In this document: positions 19,595 through 30,427 of the stretch, one piece after another
Position numbering within the stretch: the stretch's first letter is position 1
How the letters are laid out: the number at the start of each line of letters is the position of its first letter
NCBI GenBank assembly: GCA_054600435.1
Contig: BAAIJX010000056.1
Coordinates: 124,001-159,321, forward strand
Direction of reading: 5' to 3'
DNA from: Neophaeotheca triangularis
Taxonomy: Eukaryota
Length of the DNA: 35,321 nt
Notes under the pieces: model-generated
What the model was told of the DNA's origin: nothing
The model's input: the letters and a program-made list of their open reading frames with translations, nothing else
The model's database searches: none
Program-made: the position numbers and the translations under genes

Positions 19595-22500
19595 CTATCC
19601 CGATACCTTCCCTTCCTTCCCCCCGAGCCCTTGTGCTTCAACCCAAACGCCCTCCCTAACCCCCACAACCCCCTCCACCCCCATGGCCCTCGGCCCAAAC
19701 CCCGTCCCGCACAGCGGATGCCTCCCACCCGCCCTCTCCAGCCGCTCAAAAAAGCCCGACGCCCTCTCTTCCTCGACAGTCCAACTGTCACTCGGCCGGG
19801 AAAGGGGATAGACATCCGCCCTGATCCTGAAACTGAGGTCTGAGCTGTCTGCCAAAGGAGCCGAGGCCAGCGCTTGAGTCGTCGAGGCCGGGTGTGAAGA
19901 GACTGGCGGTGAAGCTTTGTCGTTGTTAATGCTATTGAGCAGCAAAGGGTGCAAGCGCGCCAGGACGTCGGAAAGCAGGATGAATTCTGGCCGCAGCGGC
20001 AGTAGAGGAGTGGTAGCAGCTTGGGGCGCATCGGGAAGGACTTCGTCGTCCCCTTCTCCACGACTTTTCACCCCTTCACCGCCCGCCGCACTTTCCGGCG
20101 AAAATATTCCTGTCATCTTCTCTGCCGCACTTTTGGCGTCTGCGGTCTCCCGGTCCAAACGATCGAGATACGCGGTGCAGCGTTTCTTGTTCACAGCAGC
20201 TCTCCGCTCCTCGAGGCTTTCGCCGGCTTCGTCGTCGGTGGCGAGAGCAGTCTCACCGTCGTCATCTTCATCGTCGTCCGGGGAGGTGTAAAGGTTTGTG
20301 AGATTCAGCGAATCGGAGTGAAAGACTTTGAGATGGGAAAGGGCGGGCCAGAGACGGGAGTGCAGGTTAATGGGTGAGGGGATGGGGCGTTTGTTCCATT
20401 GAGACGGTTGGGTTTCGTTGTCGTCAGAGGGGGATGGGGAGGTGGTGGTGTTGGTGGTGTTGGTGCTGCTGAGCAGCAGTTCTAGTCCAGCTTCCTTGCC
20501 GAGTAAAGGCGCTGCGCAGAGATTGAGAGTCCAGAGGTCGGAAACACCTTCGTCCGGACAGCTTTCGTCGATGTCGCGACCGCGGACGACTTGCAAAGGC
20601 GTGCAGAAGGTTGTGAGGAAATCGCGGCACAGAGGGTTCTGGTAGTCGAAGTCCGAGTCCGGGTCGAGGACGTAGCGGAGCCCACCGGGGAGGGTGTCGA
20701 GGAGTGCTATTCGGTGTTCTAGGCGTCTTGCAGCCGACGCTTCGGCTTGTCTGCGTTGCGATTCCGCTTCGAGTGCTTGGCGGTGCTGTTCTTCTTCCTC
20801 TTGCTTACGACGTCGCGATTCTTCTTCGGCGGCGGCTCGCTGTGCGGCGGCTTTGCGCTCCTCCTCGAGCACTTTGGCGGTAGCGGCGGCAGCTTCTTCC
20901 TCTTTGCGCTTCTCTTCGAGGCGGGCCACTTGTTCGAGTTCGAACTTGGCGTGGGCGGCGTTGTCGGCGTGTTTGGCTTCCTCGCTTAGAAGGGGTTTGG
21001 CCTGCTCGTCGTCTTCGGCTTTCTCTTCGAGGCTCGGTAGAGGGGCGTCTCGCAGAGAGGAAGTACGGCGGCGGTTTTGCTTGGGCGACGAGACAGCTTC
21101 CGGAGACTGCATGGAGATACTGTTCGTCCGCGCGCGCCGAGCGTTGTTCGGACTACCGGGCGGCTTCATAGACTGATCCACATGCGCCGTCTCAAAAGGT
21201 GGTGCGTCTGGCAAGCCGCCCTCGGAAATCTCGCCCTCTTCCGACTCGGACTCTTCCACGTTCTTGCCAGCAGCAGCACGCATATCACGCCTAGACATGA
21301 GCCTCCTAGGCCCATGCTTCGGTTTCGCAGGCTCCTCATCCTCATCACTCCTCGCCCCATTTTTATCAACAGCGGCAGGCCTCCTAGGCCCACCATCCCG
21401 GCGGCTAACAGGACTCGAGCTGCTACCCCTCCCATCCCGCTTCTTCTTGGCTTCATCGTACAAGCGCTGCAAAAGCTCGACTTCCACCTTCCAATTCGGC
21501 CCCTGCCTCTCCTCCGCAAGCTGCGGCCACGACTTACCCTGGCGTGTCTGCCACAACGCATTGAACTGATCCAGCTCGGCAAGCGTTTTGACCATTTCAT
21601 AATGCGACGTGCCCAGAACACTCAGCATCGGCTTCTCGGGCTTCTGATGCGCCTTCTTCTCTGTCATTTCGGCAAGCAGCATGTTCAGCAAATACGAATC
21701 CCCCGTCTTCGCAGCCGCGGCAATGGTGGTATTATCGACCGGCACCCGCGCGTCTAGAAACTCCCTCACGCCGTTGCGATCATTAATCGTAACCAACTTC
21801 AGCAAATTTTCATACGATCGCGCCATGAAGTGAAGTTCCTTAGACGGTCCGAGACGATGCCGCTCCTCTTCCTCTTCACGCTTCTGCCGCGCGCCGGTGC
21901 TATTCCACTTCTCCACAGCGTCCCGCAGCGTCGTGCGGATCTCACCGGCGTTGTCGGTCTCATCATTGACAACGTCCAAAGCCTGCTGACCTTTCAAGTT
22001 TTGCCTCAACGGGTCCACACCCGCTTTAAGCAGTATCTCCACCGTCTCAATGTGCCCATTCTCAGCAGCATCAATTAGCGGTGTGTCCTTGTCGACGTTG
22101 GCCGAGTCAATTTTGCAGCCCTCGCTAATGAGATATTCCACGACATCTGCGTTCCCATTCAGCGCCGCAATCTGCAGGGGCGTGTTGCCCGCGAACTCGG
22201 CGAGTTCCAACTGCTCCGGATCTCGTTGCCGCCACTCCTTGACCAGATCGATGTCCCCAGATTCGCAAGCTTCCGCCAAACGCGTGAAGCCGTACTTGTT
22301 GACATGGCGCTTGTGCTCTCTGCCTACCGGTCTCCCCGGTGTGGAGGTCGAGCGGCCAATGTGCCTCGCACTGCGTTTGACCTCGTTGTGGCCGTACCTG
22401 CTCGTTTCAGAGGAGGCGTCTGATTCTTCCCAACCGGGTCGCGCGGATTTTACCTCTTGCGCTGGCATATGCGTCGCCGCTCTACGTTTGCGACCGCTGC

Positions 22501-23308
22501 CGCTATCCCCTGTGCCCTCCATGATTGAAGACTGCGTAGAAACAGCTCGGCGATGACTCCTCAACTTGGGCGACGGCGATCGCTCCCCGGGCTGTCCTTC
22601 AGAGTACAACCCACGAAGTTTACGCTGCGCATGCTGCAGACTCTGCCGTTTATTCGGCAGCCCCGCAGAAGAAGCGCGATGCTTTCTCTTCCGTGAATTC
22701 GGCGACAGCGACTTGCGCTCCCTCGGCTCGGACTGAGTCCGCGACTGCGATTCCCCGCCCGAACTCCCCTCGCCGGACTCACGCGGCGAGGAAACCTCAC
22801 TCAAAGACTCGCTATCCTCACCATCCCCGCCCTTGACCTCCTTCCCACCATCCATCTCCTCCCTCTCACGACTCCGACTCGCCGCCTGCCCGTCCCCCAT
22901 CTCAACACTCTCCACCGGCGACGCAGGCGCGTCCGCATCCGAGCCAGGCGTCTGACTAGGCTCTGCAAGCGGCGGCGGAGGCAGTATATCAGACACCTTC
23001 GCAGCATCCTCAATCTTAACCCCGCCCGCCCTCTCCGCTTCCCTCTTCTTGACAGGACTATCGATCAGCGTTTCCGCCTCGGACTCAGCGCCCTCGTCTC
23101 CCGCGCCAGGTTTGACCGCCTCAGGCTCCCCATCCTCCCCACCAGGCGTAGGCGCGTCAATGATCCCTGGCGTGGGCGCATCGCGGCCGTCTTCGCTCGC
23201 GCGTCGCGGCTCCGCATGGTCGAGCGCTTCGACACCCTGAGCGGGCGCGTTCTCGAACGGTCTGCTGTCCGTTGGAACACGGATTTCTTCGCTGGCCGCT
23301 GCGTCCAT
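19595..23308 (-). CDS. Ankyrin-repeat protein, Hos4-like (Set3C histone deacetylase complex subunit family), 1237 aa
   Basis: Long disordered acidic/basic N-terminus, central ankyrin repeats (KYGFTRLAEAC, GNTPLQIAALNGN, KDTPLIDAAENGH), then a charged coiled coil. The Hos4 assignment is inferred from architecture. The 3' exon structure is unverified. Confidence 0.7.
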   Translation of the reverse strand: MDAAASEEIRVPTDSRPFENAPAQGVEALDHAEPRRASEDGRDAPTPGIIDAPTPGGEDGEPEAVKPGAGDEGAESEAETLIDSPVKKREAERAGGVKIEDAAKVSDILPPPPLAEPSQTPGSDADAPASPVESVEMGDGQAASRSREREEMDGGKEVKGGDGEDSESLSEVSSPRESGEGSSGGESQSRTQSEPRERKSLSPNSRKRKHRASSAGLPNKRQSLQHAQRKLRGLYSEGQPGERSPSPKLRSHRRAVSTQSSIMEGTGDSGSGRKRRAATHMPAQEVKSARPGWEESDASSETSRYGHNEVKRSARHIGRSTSTPGRPVGREHKRHVNKYGFTRLAEACESGDIDLVKEWRQRDPEQLELAEFAGNTPLQIAALNGNADVVEYLISEGCKIDSANVDKDTPLIDAAENGHIETVEILLKAGVDPLRQNLKGQQALDVVNDETDNAGEIRTTLRDAVEKWNSTGARQKREEEEERHRLGPSKELHFMARSYENLLKLVTINDRNGVREFLDARVPVDNTTIAAAAKTGDSYLLNMLLAEMTEKKAHQKPEKPMLSVLGTSHYEMVKTLAELDQFNALWQTRQGKSWPQLAEERQGPNWKVEVELLQRLYDEAKKKRDGRGSSSSPVSRRDGGPRRPAAVDKNGARSDEDEEPAKPKHGPRRLMSRRDMRAAAGKNVEESESEEGEISEGGLPDAPPFETAHVDQSMKPPGSPNNARRARTNSISMQSPEAVSSPKQNRRRTSSLRDAPLPSLEEKAEDDEQAKPLLSEEAKHADNAAHAKFELEQVARLEEKRKEEEAAAATAKVLEEERKAAAQRAAAEEESRRRKQEEEEQHRQALEAESQRRQAEASAARRLEHRIALLDTLPGGLRYVLDPDSDFDYQNPLCRDFLTTFCTPLQVVRGRDIDESCPDEGVSDLWTLNLCAAPLLGKEAGLELLLSSTNTTNTTTSPSPSDDNETQPSQWNKRPIPSPINLHSRLWPALSHLKVFHSDSLNLTNLYTSPDDDEDDDGETALATDDEAGESLEERRAAVNKKRCTAYLDRLDRETADAKSAAEKMTGIFSPESAAGGEGVKSRGEGDDEVLPDAPQAATTPLLPLRPEFILLSDVLARLHPLLLNSINNDKASPPVSSHPASTTQALASAPLADSSDLSFRIRADVYPLSRPSDSWTVEEERASGFFERLERAGGRHPLCGTGFGPRAMGVEGVVGVREGVWVEAQGLGGKEGKVSG

Positions 23309-23880
23309 TCTCAGTTATGCTGTAGAGGCACTCTCAAGCCATGCGTCTGCGCGAGTCTCGTTCCAATGCGACAAGGCTGTTGGTAAGGGCCCAATCGCGT
23401 AGAATGATGATGCTGTGAGAGAGGCGCGTGATTACCTTTGCGCGACTTGTTGGAAGAGCCGAAGTATGACGCTAGTTTTAAGTATTTGGTTATATCGGTA
23501 GGTTGGACCAATTGTTCTACAGCGAAACGAGATGAGGAAACGAGATGAGGGGAGGTCGGTTCGAGATGGAGCAGCCGGGGAGACTCCGGAGCGGGACCTG
23601 AGCTTTCGTCAGGTGAAAGCTTGGATTGGATTGGGCTGCGAGAAAGCGTGGGGCTGCACGTGACCAGAGAAAGATTTAACTGTTTGGAACAGACACATGT
23701 TTGGGATGATAAAAATTGGGTATTTGAACTATTGGAGCATTGTAACTCAAGTTGACTAGTGGACATGCTTTTGAATCTTTGATCAGGCTATCAAGGGCTG
23801 CAAAAAAACGCCAAATGACGCCATTGGCTCGCCATCAACCCATCGCGCCATGCCCCGGTCGAGACCATCACTCCTCAACT

Positions 23881-24729
23881 CTAGTAGTCGGTGGAGGTGT
23901 TCTGGGGGAACTCAAAGTTGACACCCTTGCCGGTCAAACGCTTGTAGACCTCGGAGTAGGTGTCGAGCCTGTAGTCGACACCGCCCCTCTCCTTCTCGTC
24001 GAGCACGATCTTGAGAATCTTGCTGCCGTCCTCACGGGTGCGCACGCGCTTGCCGACAATCTCAACGGGGTAGACAAGGTCGCCGAGGATGGCGTCGTGG
24101 ACGGCAGTGAGTGTGCGGGAGCGGGGACGCTTCTGGTTCTGAGAAGTCCGGCTGCGGTTGCTGCGCTTGGGGCGGGGCAAGATGCGGCGCGAGGCAATGA
24201 TCATGACGTGGCGGTCAGAGAACTTCTTCTCAAGCTCGCGGGTGAGGCTGGAAAACAAGTTAGTATTGAAGCAAAATACAAAACAGTGCTTGATCTTAGT
24301 GCTTACCGCTGCTGGGAGCGGTGCCAGCCCTGGAGGAGAGGAACAGGGACGAAGATGACGATCGCCTTCCTGCCATGGCCAACCTCAATCTGTAAGAATC
24401 CTGGTGTCAGCGAAAAGCTGCCCAGTGCCCACCGCCTCTTCGGTATGTATCAAGTAATCAAGCCATTCTCTTTCTTTTTCTGACGTTGCCAAATTGGTTG
24501 TGTAACCGCGTCGGTGCCGGTTGTTCTTGCGTATCCATGGGATCCGGGTTGAACTGTTTCATCTTACCTCGCGTGCGGACATAAACTGGAGTGGCCTCAG
24601 AGCGGCGCGCATGTCCGGGATGTTGGTCTCGAGCTCATAGAGAGCGTTGGCGAGGTTAACCTCAATCTCGGAGGGCTTCTGCCTCGAGGGGCTGTTGGGG
24701 GCGATCTTGTTCAGGGCTTGCTGAGACAT
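23881..24729 (-). CDS. RPS7: 40S ribosomal protein S7 (eS7), 203 aa, 3 exons
   Basis: Exons 24729-24568, 24389-24307 and 24247-23881, with GT-AG introns of 178 and 59 nt. The spliced protein contains [35 protein letters not shown] and [29 protein letters not shown]. Confidence 0.97.
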
Positions 24730-27700
24730 GGCGACGGTATTGAGTTGCTGGTGTTGAGTGGCCTGGCTGAGATCGAAGTTCAAGTTCAAAATTCGTGATG
24801 CCACATACCTAGGATTTCAAAGAGCCGCCGGGGGTGTGCGGCTTGGCGTGAATTTAGACGCTCGGACCTGGAATATCGATGCCTGAGATCTCAGACATGA
24901 ACGTCTCCAACATGTTCGCGATTTCAGTATACAACGCAGTCAACTCTATTATTGATTCTAACACCATCGATCAAGCTCTTGTGATGGCGAAGTACGAATA
25001 ATGCGAGCCTGTCAGGACATCCGGAATTTCCATTCCCTGTCGCGCCAATTACATAGCATAAAAAACGAGCAGAACACCAGCATGTAACCTCACTACCTCA
25101 ACCTCAAGTGCACGTAGATCCACGTAGTAAGCTCACATCACGAACTCGAGGCTACTAGCCAGCCCTGTGCCCAATCTCAGCCTAGCATGCTTTCAATGCC
25201 TTGACCGTGTTCTCTCCAAACATCCACCCACGTGCAGAGCCAACCGACGACTACAACCTTGCAGCCCACAAATGCTACAAGTCCAAAAGAAGCCCTGCAA
25301 CTTCCACTTACAGATCAACCCCGACCTACGTCCCCGGCCTTGAATCACCCTGTAAAAGCATCTCCCCATACGACCATCGACCTACTGAGACCTACCCCTC
25401 AAACCCCAATAAAGCCAAGCCTATAGCTCAAGCACCCGGTCGGGAAAACACCTGGGGAAGCGGCAGACACTACAGCCTAGGAAAGCTAACGTTCTGGCCA
25501 TCAGTAAGCCTTGTTCCCCCGGGTACAGAGCATACAGCACTGGCACGAGCGATCTCGGGTTCTCGTAGAGATCGAGAGCTCCAAGGCGGAGAGAAGTTGA
25601 CAGCGCTTATCGCCAGTCACGCGTGCTGTTGCGGCTTTAGGAAGCTGCTATTATTGTTCTGCTTTGTTGACCTTGGGAAAATTGCTGCAAAGGGAAAGCG
25701 AGAAAGAGTACGCAATCTTACTCTGCAAAGGCCGCGCGGAGATGGTTGGGGCAAATGACGGTTTGCTTGTGCCCGTGAATGGTGCTTATAGAGGTGTGGA
25801 CTTTGATGGACTTGAAAGCTTGGGAAATACTTTGAGACTAGGCTTACTGCAGATCGCTATGCGATGGGAGGTGTTCGTCAATATCTCGCCCACAATTAAT
25901 TGTGTCAGGGAGACTGGACCAGGCCACTGACGGTCGTGGGCACGGAAAGGATGGTTGCATGTGCAGACTCGAACGCCTACTCCAGCGAATGGCGCTTGTG
26001 GGGAATTGGACGCGGGTATGGATGGGTTGGGCAAAGTGGAAAACGCGATTGAAGCAGACTGAGGTGGGCGTTGAGACTAGTCTCAGGCGTCTTTTTGGAG
26101 CGTGAGCGATGGGGGTGCTTGATCCATTGTCCGCTGTACTGGGGACTTGGAGGTGCTGTTCTCTAAGAAGATAAGAAGTCGTGGACTCACTCCATGGGTT
26201 AGATGGCAGATGAGTACCGAGGGTGCATGCCAAGGGCCGGGAGCGCAGCGTGGTGGGTGGATGGAGATGTTCGCGATTGCTGTGCAAGCTGTGCCGGCTG
26301 GAGGTATGTAGGTACAGTAGGTTTGGGATTTTCTTGCTCCTAGCTAAGTTACGTGTACTGGGCGAGCCGTGGCTCTGGTTTGAAGTTGGTGCGGAGTCTG
26401 GGGTGGGCTCTGGGTTTCTTCTCATCTAGCTGAAGCGTGGAGGGAGATGAAGTCCTACGCCATGGAGACTCCCGTCTTTTGGTCAGTCCAGTCCGGCTTA
26501 GGTTTCGAGTCTTGATCATGCGAGCAAGATGGGCGCTTGCAGGAGCGATGAGCACCCTAGCTCGAGATGCAAGAGCTGCAGAGACGGCGACTGGGTGCAG
26601 TTTGTCGTTTGGGGGAGGAGAGTGTCGTCCATCGTCGCCATCGTCGAAGCGCCGACTGCTGGGCTGATCATCAAGCGAGCCAACACCTACCTCTTAGTAA
26701 TGGTGCAGGGATTCTACGGCTGGTACCACCTTGGCAATCATGCAAGGTACGAAAGTCTAATCATCCTGAAACGGACGTCAGCCAGTGATACGCCTGGGGT
26801 CCTCCCTGCCTCCATCTTGTCCACTCGTTCGATTCGAGGTTGTCTCTTCTCTTGCCGGCGGGAATTGGATGCAGAAAGCGAAAAGACTTGTCGTAAATGA
26901 TCATACCGCCCTATTGAAAAAGGCTGTCCTTTATTACTGTCGATGCAATTCAAGTCAAACGTTGTGGGTGGTGTAGGTACAGTAGTATATTTGTATATGT
27001 AGGCTATCCTTGGCAGCAAAAGCAGACTCCACCGCAATCTACTGCACGCTCTACCTTTCACTTTTCGTTGTTATTACACTCGAGCTACTCCTTTGCCCCG
27101 TCTCTTCCGCCCCGGCTTCGCCTGCTGCTACTGTCTCATCACACGAGCTTGACCTAGACGACTCTCTCAACAAGAGATAAACGCACGGAGGTCCGAAGAC
27201 GTCGAGCCTCGCCCACTCTCTCTCAGACGCCCTGCACAGCCCTTGTCTGCATTCCGCACCGACGCACACCCTCTTTTCGCGACATCAAGTACCTCCTAGT
27301 ACATCGCTCGTGGCCAGACCTCCGACGACTCGCAGACTGCTTCCTTTGTTCCTTTGTTCGGGCGAACTTGTTCTGAAGACCGACCGATTCATCACCGTCT
27401 GCCCGCTGACCACCTTCATTCCTTCCGCCCCGTTTCAACGGTACTCGCTGGCTCGGTACCTCCCACAACCACTTCATCACAAACCACTCTTACCCCATAC
27501 ACTCGCTCAACCCAGGACCACGGTCTCTTCTCCGCACGACTACAGAGACGACGACAGGATTCTCCCCAACACACGTCAGCGCATACCACTCATTCATTCA
27601 AACTCCCGTGCCGGCCACGATCTATCATCAGACTCTGCTTCGGCGCTACTAGCACGTCCCCTTTCGGACCACCGCTGCCTGGCTGTCTGCGACGTACAGA

Positions 27701-27815
27701 GTCGCACCTTCCCTCTTCCTCCACCATCTGCGCTGTCCTACAAACTCGTGTTCTGTGAGAGACGACACCAAGACATCTCTCGTCTAGCTCGCCGAGAGCC
27801 TGCTCGTCCTTCGAC

Positions 27816-29676
27816 ATGTCCTACCTCCACCACACCTTCAACCTCGCTATTCGCGCTGACGACGGCGACTACGAGCCCACCGCCGCCGACATAGAAAATG
27901 TACGCATCACACGCTATATGGGATGGACTTGGGCGGGCATCGTAGGCATCTGCATTTGTTACCGCTGGACCCTCTACCTTTTGCAACACATTCGTCAACT
28001 CGCCAACGTCAACCATGGCACCACGAGTGACAGCCGCCAGCGTTACTTTAGCATCCCCGACGAGAGGTGGGCATGGTTCAAGCGACACATTCTCAGCGCT
28101 CCTCTGCTCAAGCGAAGGCACAACCGCGAGTTCAAACTGTCTGCTGCCGTCAATGTCGGCACCCTACCTTCTAGGTTTCAGATGTTCTTCCTCGTCGGAT
28201 ACCTCGCCATGAACGTTGTCTTCTGTGCAATGACCATTGACTGGACCAGCTCCGAGACTTTCCTAACTGAAGGCCTCAAGCGTACCGGTGTGCTGGCTGT
28301 CATGAACATGGTACCGCTTTTCCTGTTGGCCGGTCGCAACAACCCGCTCATCTACCTACTGGGCATCAGCTTCGACACCTACAACCTCATCCACCGCTGG
28401 ATCGGACGAATTGTGGTGTTGGAAGCATTCGCTCACTCCTGCTTTTGGGTGGCCAACAAAGTCATCTACGGCAGCTACGGCAGCAAAGGATGGGGCGCAG
28501 TTGGTGCTTCCATGGCCTCCAGCCAGTTGATTCTGACAGGCACGATTGTAAGAGCCTCCACAATCCTCCCTAAACCCCACTTCATAAACTAACACACTCT
28601 TCACCCAGGCCACTTGTGCCTTTCTGGGCCTCCTCTTTCACTCGCCCTCTGTAATCCGCCACGCCTTTTACGAAACTTTCCTCCACATCCACATTGCCCT
28701 CGCCATTCTCGCCCTCGCCACTGTCTGGATGCACACCACAGGCATGCCCCAACAAACCTTTGTCCTCGGCGCCCTCGTCCTCTGGGTTTTGGAGCGCTTC
28801 GCCCGAGTCGTTTCCATTGTCCGCCACAACGTCGGCCGCAAAGGCACCAAGGCCGAGATCGAAGCCCTCCCCGGCGACGCCGTCCGCATCACTCTCCGCG
28901 TCGCCAACCCTTGGCGCTTCCGCCCAGGCCAGCACATCTACCTCTACATCCCCACTGTCGGCATGTGGACCTCGCACCCCTTCTCGCTCGCCTGGTCCGA
29001 CGACGAGGAGTCCTCCGCTTCCATGGAAAAAGGTCTCGGCTCCCTTCCCATGGCCCGTCAAGACATCCTCGCCTCCAAGGTCTCCACCATGTCCCTGATC
29101 GTGCGCCGCCGCACCGGCTTCACTGACAGCATGTTCCTCAAAGCCGAAGCCGCCCCCTCTGGCAAATTTACTACCAACGCCTGGGTCGAAGGCCCGTACG
29201 GCAGCCAGGACCTCTCCTCCTACGGCACCGTAATGCTCTTCGCCGCCGGCGTCGGCATCACCCACCAAGTCCCCCATGTCCGTCACCTGGTCGCTTCCTA
29301 CGCCAATGGCACGTGCGCTACCCGCAAAGTCGTCCTCGTCTGGATCATCCAGTCTCCCGAACACCTTGAGTGGATCCGGCCGTGGATGACGCAAATCCTC
29401 GGCATGGAGAAACGTCGCGATATACTCAAAATCTTACTGTTCGTAACCCGTCCCCGCAGTACCAAGGAGATCCACTCTCCGTCGAGTAGTGTGCAGATGT
29501 TTCCGGGCAAACCGGATTGTGGGGCACTGGTCGAGAAGGAACAAGAGAGACAGGTCGGGGCTATGGGGGTTAGTGTTTGCGGGACTGGAGGTTTGAGTGA
29601 TGATGTGCGCAAGGCTTGTAGGGAGCGCATGGAGGTTACGGAGATTGATTTCTTCGAGGAGGCGTTTTCGTGGTAG
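27816..29676 (+). CDS. Ferric/cupric chelate reductase (FRE family flavocytochrome), about 599 aa, 2 exons
   Basis: Exons 27816-28547 and 28609-29676. Intron 28548-28608 (GTAAGA...ACTAAC...CCAG). Heme-ligand region HRWIGR...AH and FYETFLHIH, FAD motif HPFS, NADPH motifs EGPYG, AAGVGIT and VSVCG, and terminal EEAFSW. Confidence 0.92.
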
Positions 29677-30427
29677 ATTGGTGGTGAGGAATCGTAGGAG
29701 GCGAGTGGGTTGTGGGCTGGCCTGCACTGCACTGTGTGTTGGACGTGACGGAGAGTGGGAGCAAATCGTACATGACGGCTTGCTACTGCCGACTCTTCTC
29801 TTCTCTCGCCGCAAGCGGTGGGCTGGCTGTGGAGAGAGGTTGATGCTCTGACTGGCTAACTGGCTAGATGGGCGAATGGACAGACGGATGGAATAGCCGG
29901 ATTTCATTGTTATCGATATATACCTTTCTCGCCTTTCTCTACCTTTCGTATACTTATGCTCAGAATTTATATCAATTTTCGGTTTTTGACGAGGCTTGTA
30001 CTGCAAACCCATGACAGGACTGTAGTCTCTATCGTTTACCTCTGGTCAGCACCCAGCGACTTGGATTCCAGCGACTTGGATGTCAGCGTAGTGGCGAGTG
30101 TGGTGGAACGCTGTTTTGACTACAGACGGCCATCAATGCGTTAAGATCATACCTGAGATCGTATGGTTGATCAGACAGAGTCAGAATACAGACCAAATTT
30201 AGCGCTGTCATCTGTCAGCCAATGAAATGGCAACGTAGATTAACCCTCCCAAGCTCGCGTTGCGACAACACCTGATCCAAATCCTAAGGTCGTATCTGTC
30301 CTGTAAAGTCGTCTAGATTGCTGATAATTTTCCATCTTCCACTTTGCGTCGCGATTTCTTCAAAACGGCGATCTTGCTACGTAACCGTCGCTCAATGCCA
30401 GTTCAATAATACGTTCGAGCCTCCAAC

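Noticed and set aside
23524..23549. 13-bp tandem duplication GAAACGAGATGAG x2
   Set aside because: Only two copies and no spacers. Ordinary slippage duplication, not CRISPR-like.
23311..23766. 151-aa ATG-initiated minus-strand ORF ending 2 nt before the Hos4-like start
   Set aside because: It spans the RPS7 3' end and the next promoter, is out of frame with the downstream gene, and has no recognisable motifs. Likely chance.
23752..24483. 243-aa plus-strand ORF
   Set aside because: Antisense to the highly codon-biased RPS7 gene.
28582..30012. Minus-strand ORFs of 270, 144 and 192 aa
   Set aside because: Antisense shadows of the ferric reductase and its 3' UTR.
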